From Squalus acanthias (taxonomy: Eukaryota), in NCBI GenBank assembly GCA_030390025.1, contig JASTWF010000036.1, forward strand, positions 1,116,001 to 1,180,000: a stretch of DNA of 64,000 nucleotides. The letters run 5' to 3'. The translations under genes were made by a program, and so were the position numbers. The notes under the pieces are model-generated. The model worked only from the letters and a program-made list of their open reading frames with translations. It was not told where the DNA came from and made no database searches. Each line of letters begins with the position of its first letter. The stretch's first letter is position 1. Below are positions 60,277-64,000 of this stretch, in pieces.

Positions 60277-60721
60277 TGATCTTCACTGCTTTGCTGTTTA
60301 GTTGTTCAGTTCTTTCTGGCATTAGGCTGGAATTAAATTGACCACCAAGTCAGGGATTGAACAGCCCACACTCCCTTCACAACTAGAATTGGCATCACTT
60401 GAGAACCATGCTGTCAAATAAACAACTACTTTATATTCATGTATGTAAAGCAGTAATAGAAAAAAACCCTGCAGGGATTTTTCTCTGCACAATATTGGGT
60501 CGTTAATATCTCTCACCCCAGTTAATTCAAACATTCACAGAGTCATTAGTAAAAATATTTATGTATCTCTGCAAATGCTTGTCAACTATTTGCAGCCATA
60601 GATATTTTCACTGTAAGAATCCTGCCTGCCCGACCCACCTAGTTTACTGAAACAATGCTGAGCGAAACCTGCTGTACGTTTCATGGCCCATTTCTATTGA
60701 TGTACCACTTCTACTGAGAGT

Positions 60722-61165
60722 TATGTCAGCTGTGGCTCAGTGGGTATCACTCTTGCCTGAGTCAGAAGGCTTGTGGCTTCAGTTCCCACTCCAATGAGAC
60801 TTGAGCACAAAAATCTCAGCTGACACTCCAACGCAGTGTTGAGGGAGCGCTGTGCTGTCGTTCAGATGAGATGCTGTCTGCCCTCTCAGCTGGCTGTCAA
60901 ACATCCCATGGCACGATTCAAAGAGCAGGGGCGTTCTCCCTGGTGCCCTGACCAATATTTATCCTTCAACCAACACCACCAAATCAGATTATCTGGTCAT
61001 TTATCACATTGCTGTTTGTGGGAGCTTGCTGTGCGCAAATTGGCTGCCGCGTTTCCCACATTACAACAGTGACTCCACTTCAAAAAGTACTTCATTGGCT
61101 GTAAAGTGTTTTGGGACGTCCTGAGGTTGTGAAAGGCGCTATAGAAATGCACGTCTTTCTTTTTC
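60722..61165 (+). mobile_element. SacSINE1-like DeuSINE
   Basis: Head, core and tail present. Confidence 0.9.
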
Positions 61166-61497
61166 TACTCGAAGAGGTTTCTCAATGTGTTGGGGCAGCA
61201 GGTGCCCTGTATTTGCCCCATTTACATAGTGGGGGTGGGCTCGCACTATCGGTGGCAATAAAGAACAACTGAGCGTGTGACTTTAGAGCAGCTGACGTCG
61301 AGGGAAGCCACGATGGCGATGTGCGAATGGTATTGGTGGTCTGTACGGGTGGACCAAGAGCTCAGAACATGTAGTCAGAGCAAAATGGCCACCAGCAACA
61401 CCATCCAGAACTGTTGGAGGCAATTGTTTGCGTGTGTTGATGCTTAGCCTCTGAAGGCCCCTTTGAACGTCACCTCATGAAGTGGGTCTTCTTGTCT

Positions 61498-62494
61498 TGT
61501 CAGCTGTGGCTCAGTGGGTAGCACCCTCGCCTCTGAGTCAGAAGGTTGTGGGTTCATAGTCCCACGCCAGGGACTTGAGCACAAAATCTAGGCTGACACT
61601 CCAGTGCAGTGCTGAGGGAGTGCTGCACTGTCGGAGGTGCAGTACTGAAGAAGCGCCTCCCTGTGGGAGGGGCAGTATTGAGGGAGCGCCGCACTGTCGG
61701 AGGGGCAGTACTGAGGGAGCGCCGCACTGTCGGAGGGGCAGTACTGAAGAAGCGCCGCACTGTCGGAGGGGCAGTACTGAGGGAGCGCCGCACTGTCGGA
61801 GGGTCAGTAATGAGGGAGTGCCGCACTGTGGGAGGGGCGGTACTGAGGGAGCGCCGCACTGTCGGAGGGGCGGTACTGAGGGAGCGCCGCACTGTCGGAG
61901 GGGCAGTACTGAGGGAGCGCTGCACTGTCGGAGGGGCAGTACTGAGGGAGCGCCGCACTGTCGGAGGGGCAGTACTGAGGGAGCGCCGCACTGTGGGAGG
62001 GGCAGTACTGAGGGAGCGCCGCACTGTCGGAGGGGCAGTACTGAGGGAGAGCTGCACTGTCGGAGGGGCGGTACTGAGGGAGCACCGCACTGTCGGAGGG
62101 GCAGTACTGAGGGAGCGCCGCACTGTCGGAGGGGCAGTACTGAGGGAGTGCCGCACTGTCGGAGGTGCCGTCTTTCGGACGAGACATTAAACCGAGGCCA
62201 CATCTGTTCTCTCAGGTGGACATAAAAGATCCCATGGCACTATTTTGAAGAAGAGTTAGGGGAGTTCTACCCGGTGTCCTGGCCAATATTTATCCCTCAA
62301 CCAACATAACAAAAACAGATGATCTGGTCATTATCACATTGCTGTTTGTGGGAGCTTGCTGTGCGCAAATTGGCTGCCGCGTTTCCCACATTACAACAGT
62401 GACTACACTTCAAAAATACTTCATTGGCTGTAAAGCGCTTTGAGATGTCTGGTGGGCGTGAAAGGCGCTATAGAAATGCAAGTCTTTCTTTCTT
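61498..62494 (+). mobile_element. SacSINE1-like DeuSINE with internal minisatellite expansion
   Basis: Normal head and tail flank a 33-bp array. Confidence 0.95.
61607..62167. repeat. 33-bp minisatellite, 17 copies
   Basis: Unit cagtactgagggagcgccgcactgtcggagggg; 561 bp = 17 x 33. Confidence 0.96.
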
Positions 62495-63426
62495 TGGAAT
62501 CATTTGTATTGCAGCGGGAGAGGACGGGATAAGAGAAGTAAGTTTGTGATGACTGGTGTTCTGTACCGTGCAGCTGTTATTCTGATGCTGCCAAATCGAA
62601 TTAAACGTGCCATTTCCTGTTGCTTGCCGCTCAGTGATCTGGAGGTGGACTGGCCAATTATTTTCCCCATCCCTCTTTTGCTCTCTTTCCCGTCCCTCCC
62701 ATTCCATTTATTCTCTTCCTTATCTCTCCAAATTGGCTGCTTGCTTCATGGCTGCTGCCATCTGGTACCAGGGAGCCGGAATATCTGTTCAGACTTGATT
62801 GTGAAGCTTCAGCCGTTAGCATATCTGTGCTGTGGGTCGGGTAATAGAATGAACAGCCAATGCGTTGCTCTGTACGTGACCCTATGCAACAACAACAAAA
62901 AAACTCCCGTCGACTATGATGTGTAAGAAAAGTGTAGTTTCCGATTGCTGTAAGTGTTTTTTTGACATATGAGGAGGACGACTCATTAATAGAACGATTC
63001 AGTCACTGGGAACCAAAACAATGGCTCTCAATGGGAAACGGTTTTGCTTTTCACTTCTCTGCACTTTAATCTTCACTTGCCAGTTGTTCATTTGAGTCAA
63101 ATTGACTATATTCCAAATTTCCAATTACATTTTCAATTAAAAGCTCTACATGCACTGTAGCGATTTTTTTTCATACACGCGAAAAACTAATATTTTCCAG
63201 GCAGTTAAGCAGGTGATGAGACATTGCCTTTCAAACATGACCTAAGGTCATTATGCATTTATTAGTTCAGTCAATAATTTAAAGAAATAGTGCACAGTAA
63301 AGTGATCCAGAGTACTTGACCTCTTTCTCTGCAATTAGCCTCGCTCTGATTTTTCTTTTTGTTACATATATCTACGGATATAATATAGTTTTTGTTGTGG
63401 GCTAGCTCTCTACAAACAGAAGACAT

Positions 63427-64000
63427 GGGGGACGATTTTCTCAGCCCCGAGGAGGCGGGTATGGAGGTGGGACTGCCGGGAAAATGGCAGGATTTGAGGG
63501 CGGGTGGCAAACCCACCCCCAACCCGCCTCCGTGCCATCTTCCCAGGAGGCGGGTAGCCGTCCCGCGCCGGGTCCCGTCTCCTTGGAGGCGGGAAGGGAT
63601 TACAGCCACTTAACTGTCTGTTAACAGGTAGTTAACAGGCAGAAAATAGGATTATCCCCTTTTTGCCCTCACAAGTGCGGGCTTCCCGACGGCCCCAAAA
63701 CACACCAGCTCAGCGAGGCGAGTACTGGGTCTGCGGGGGTCGGGGGGGGTTCAAAAGTGTGGTGTGAAGGTAAGTGATGGGTGCAAGAGTGGAGAGGTGA
63801 GTATCTGAGGTAAGTCCTAAGTGTTTTTAAAAGTGTACTTAACTTTGTTTCTCCCTGCAGGCTTCAGTCGGTTTCTATACGGAGAGTCTCGGACCTCCGT
63901 GCTGCAGATGAGAGATGGCCGTTGAATTCTCCAATGCAACAAACATCTCATTTCTGTAAAAGAAAGAAGGTTGATGAGGTCTTGAATGCAAGACCTCATC
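63427..64000. mobile_element. Probable left end of another Harbinger-type element running off the window
   Basis: cat then GGGGGACGATTTT and a GC-rich subterminal region; cccgtctccttggaggcggga resembles the family B MITE motif cccgcctcttggaggcggga; the other end is not visible. Confidence 0.5.

Noticed and set aside
61538..62225. Repeat-protein ORFs or a CRISPR-like array
   Set aside because: Head-to-tail 33-bp units without unique spacers, derived from a SINE segment.

Overview
Repeat-dominated, apparently non-genic (intronic or intergenic) vertebrate DNA. The repeat repertoire (HE1-type V-SINE, SacSINE1-type DeuSINE, HER1/CR1, L2, Penelope) points to a cartilaginous fish, probably a shark; family names are recognised from memory, not by database search. 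I could not confidently identify any host protein-coding exon. Highlights: (1) a complete 4,179-bp PIF/Harbinger transposon (49994-54172) with perfect 16-bp TIRs, a CAA TSD, an intact DDE transposase and a convergent three-exon Myb/SANT gene carrying one nonsense codon, plus three MITEs sharing its ends; (2) a TSD-bounded ~2-kb Tx1/L1-type retroelement that keeps ORF1 (zinc knuckles) but lacks EN/RT, inserted in the tRNA head of a SINE within a four-layer nest; (3) minimal hammerhead ribozyme motifs in Penelope terminal repeats; (4) three SINE-LINE pairs sharing 3' tails; (5) LF-SINE-like, AmnSINE2-like and 5S-derived relics, hAT and Tc1/pogo MITEs, SINE-seeded minisatellites, several unexplained hairpins, a 2.5-kb GT-rich satellite and a 500-N gap. 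Boundaries are exact where TIRs or TSDs are quoted and approximate elsewhere.
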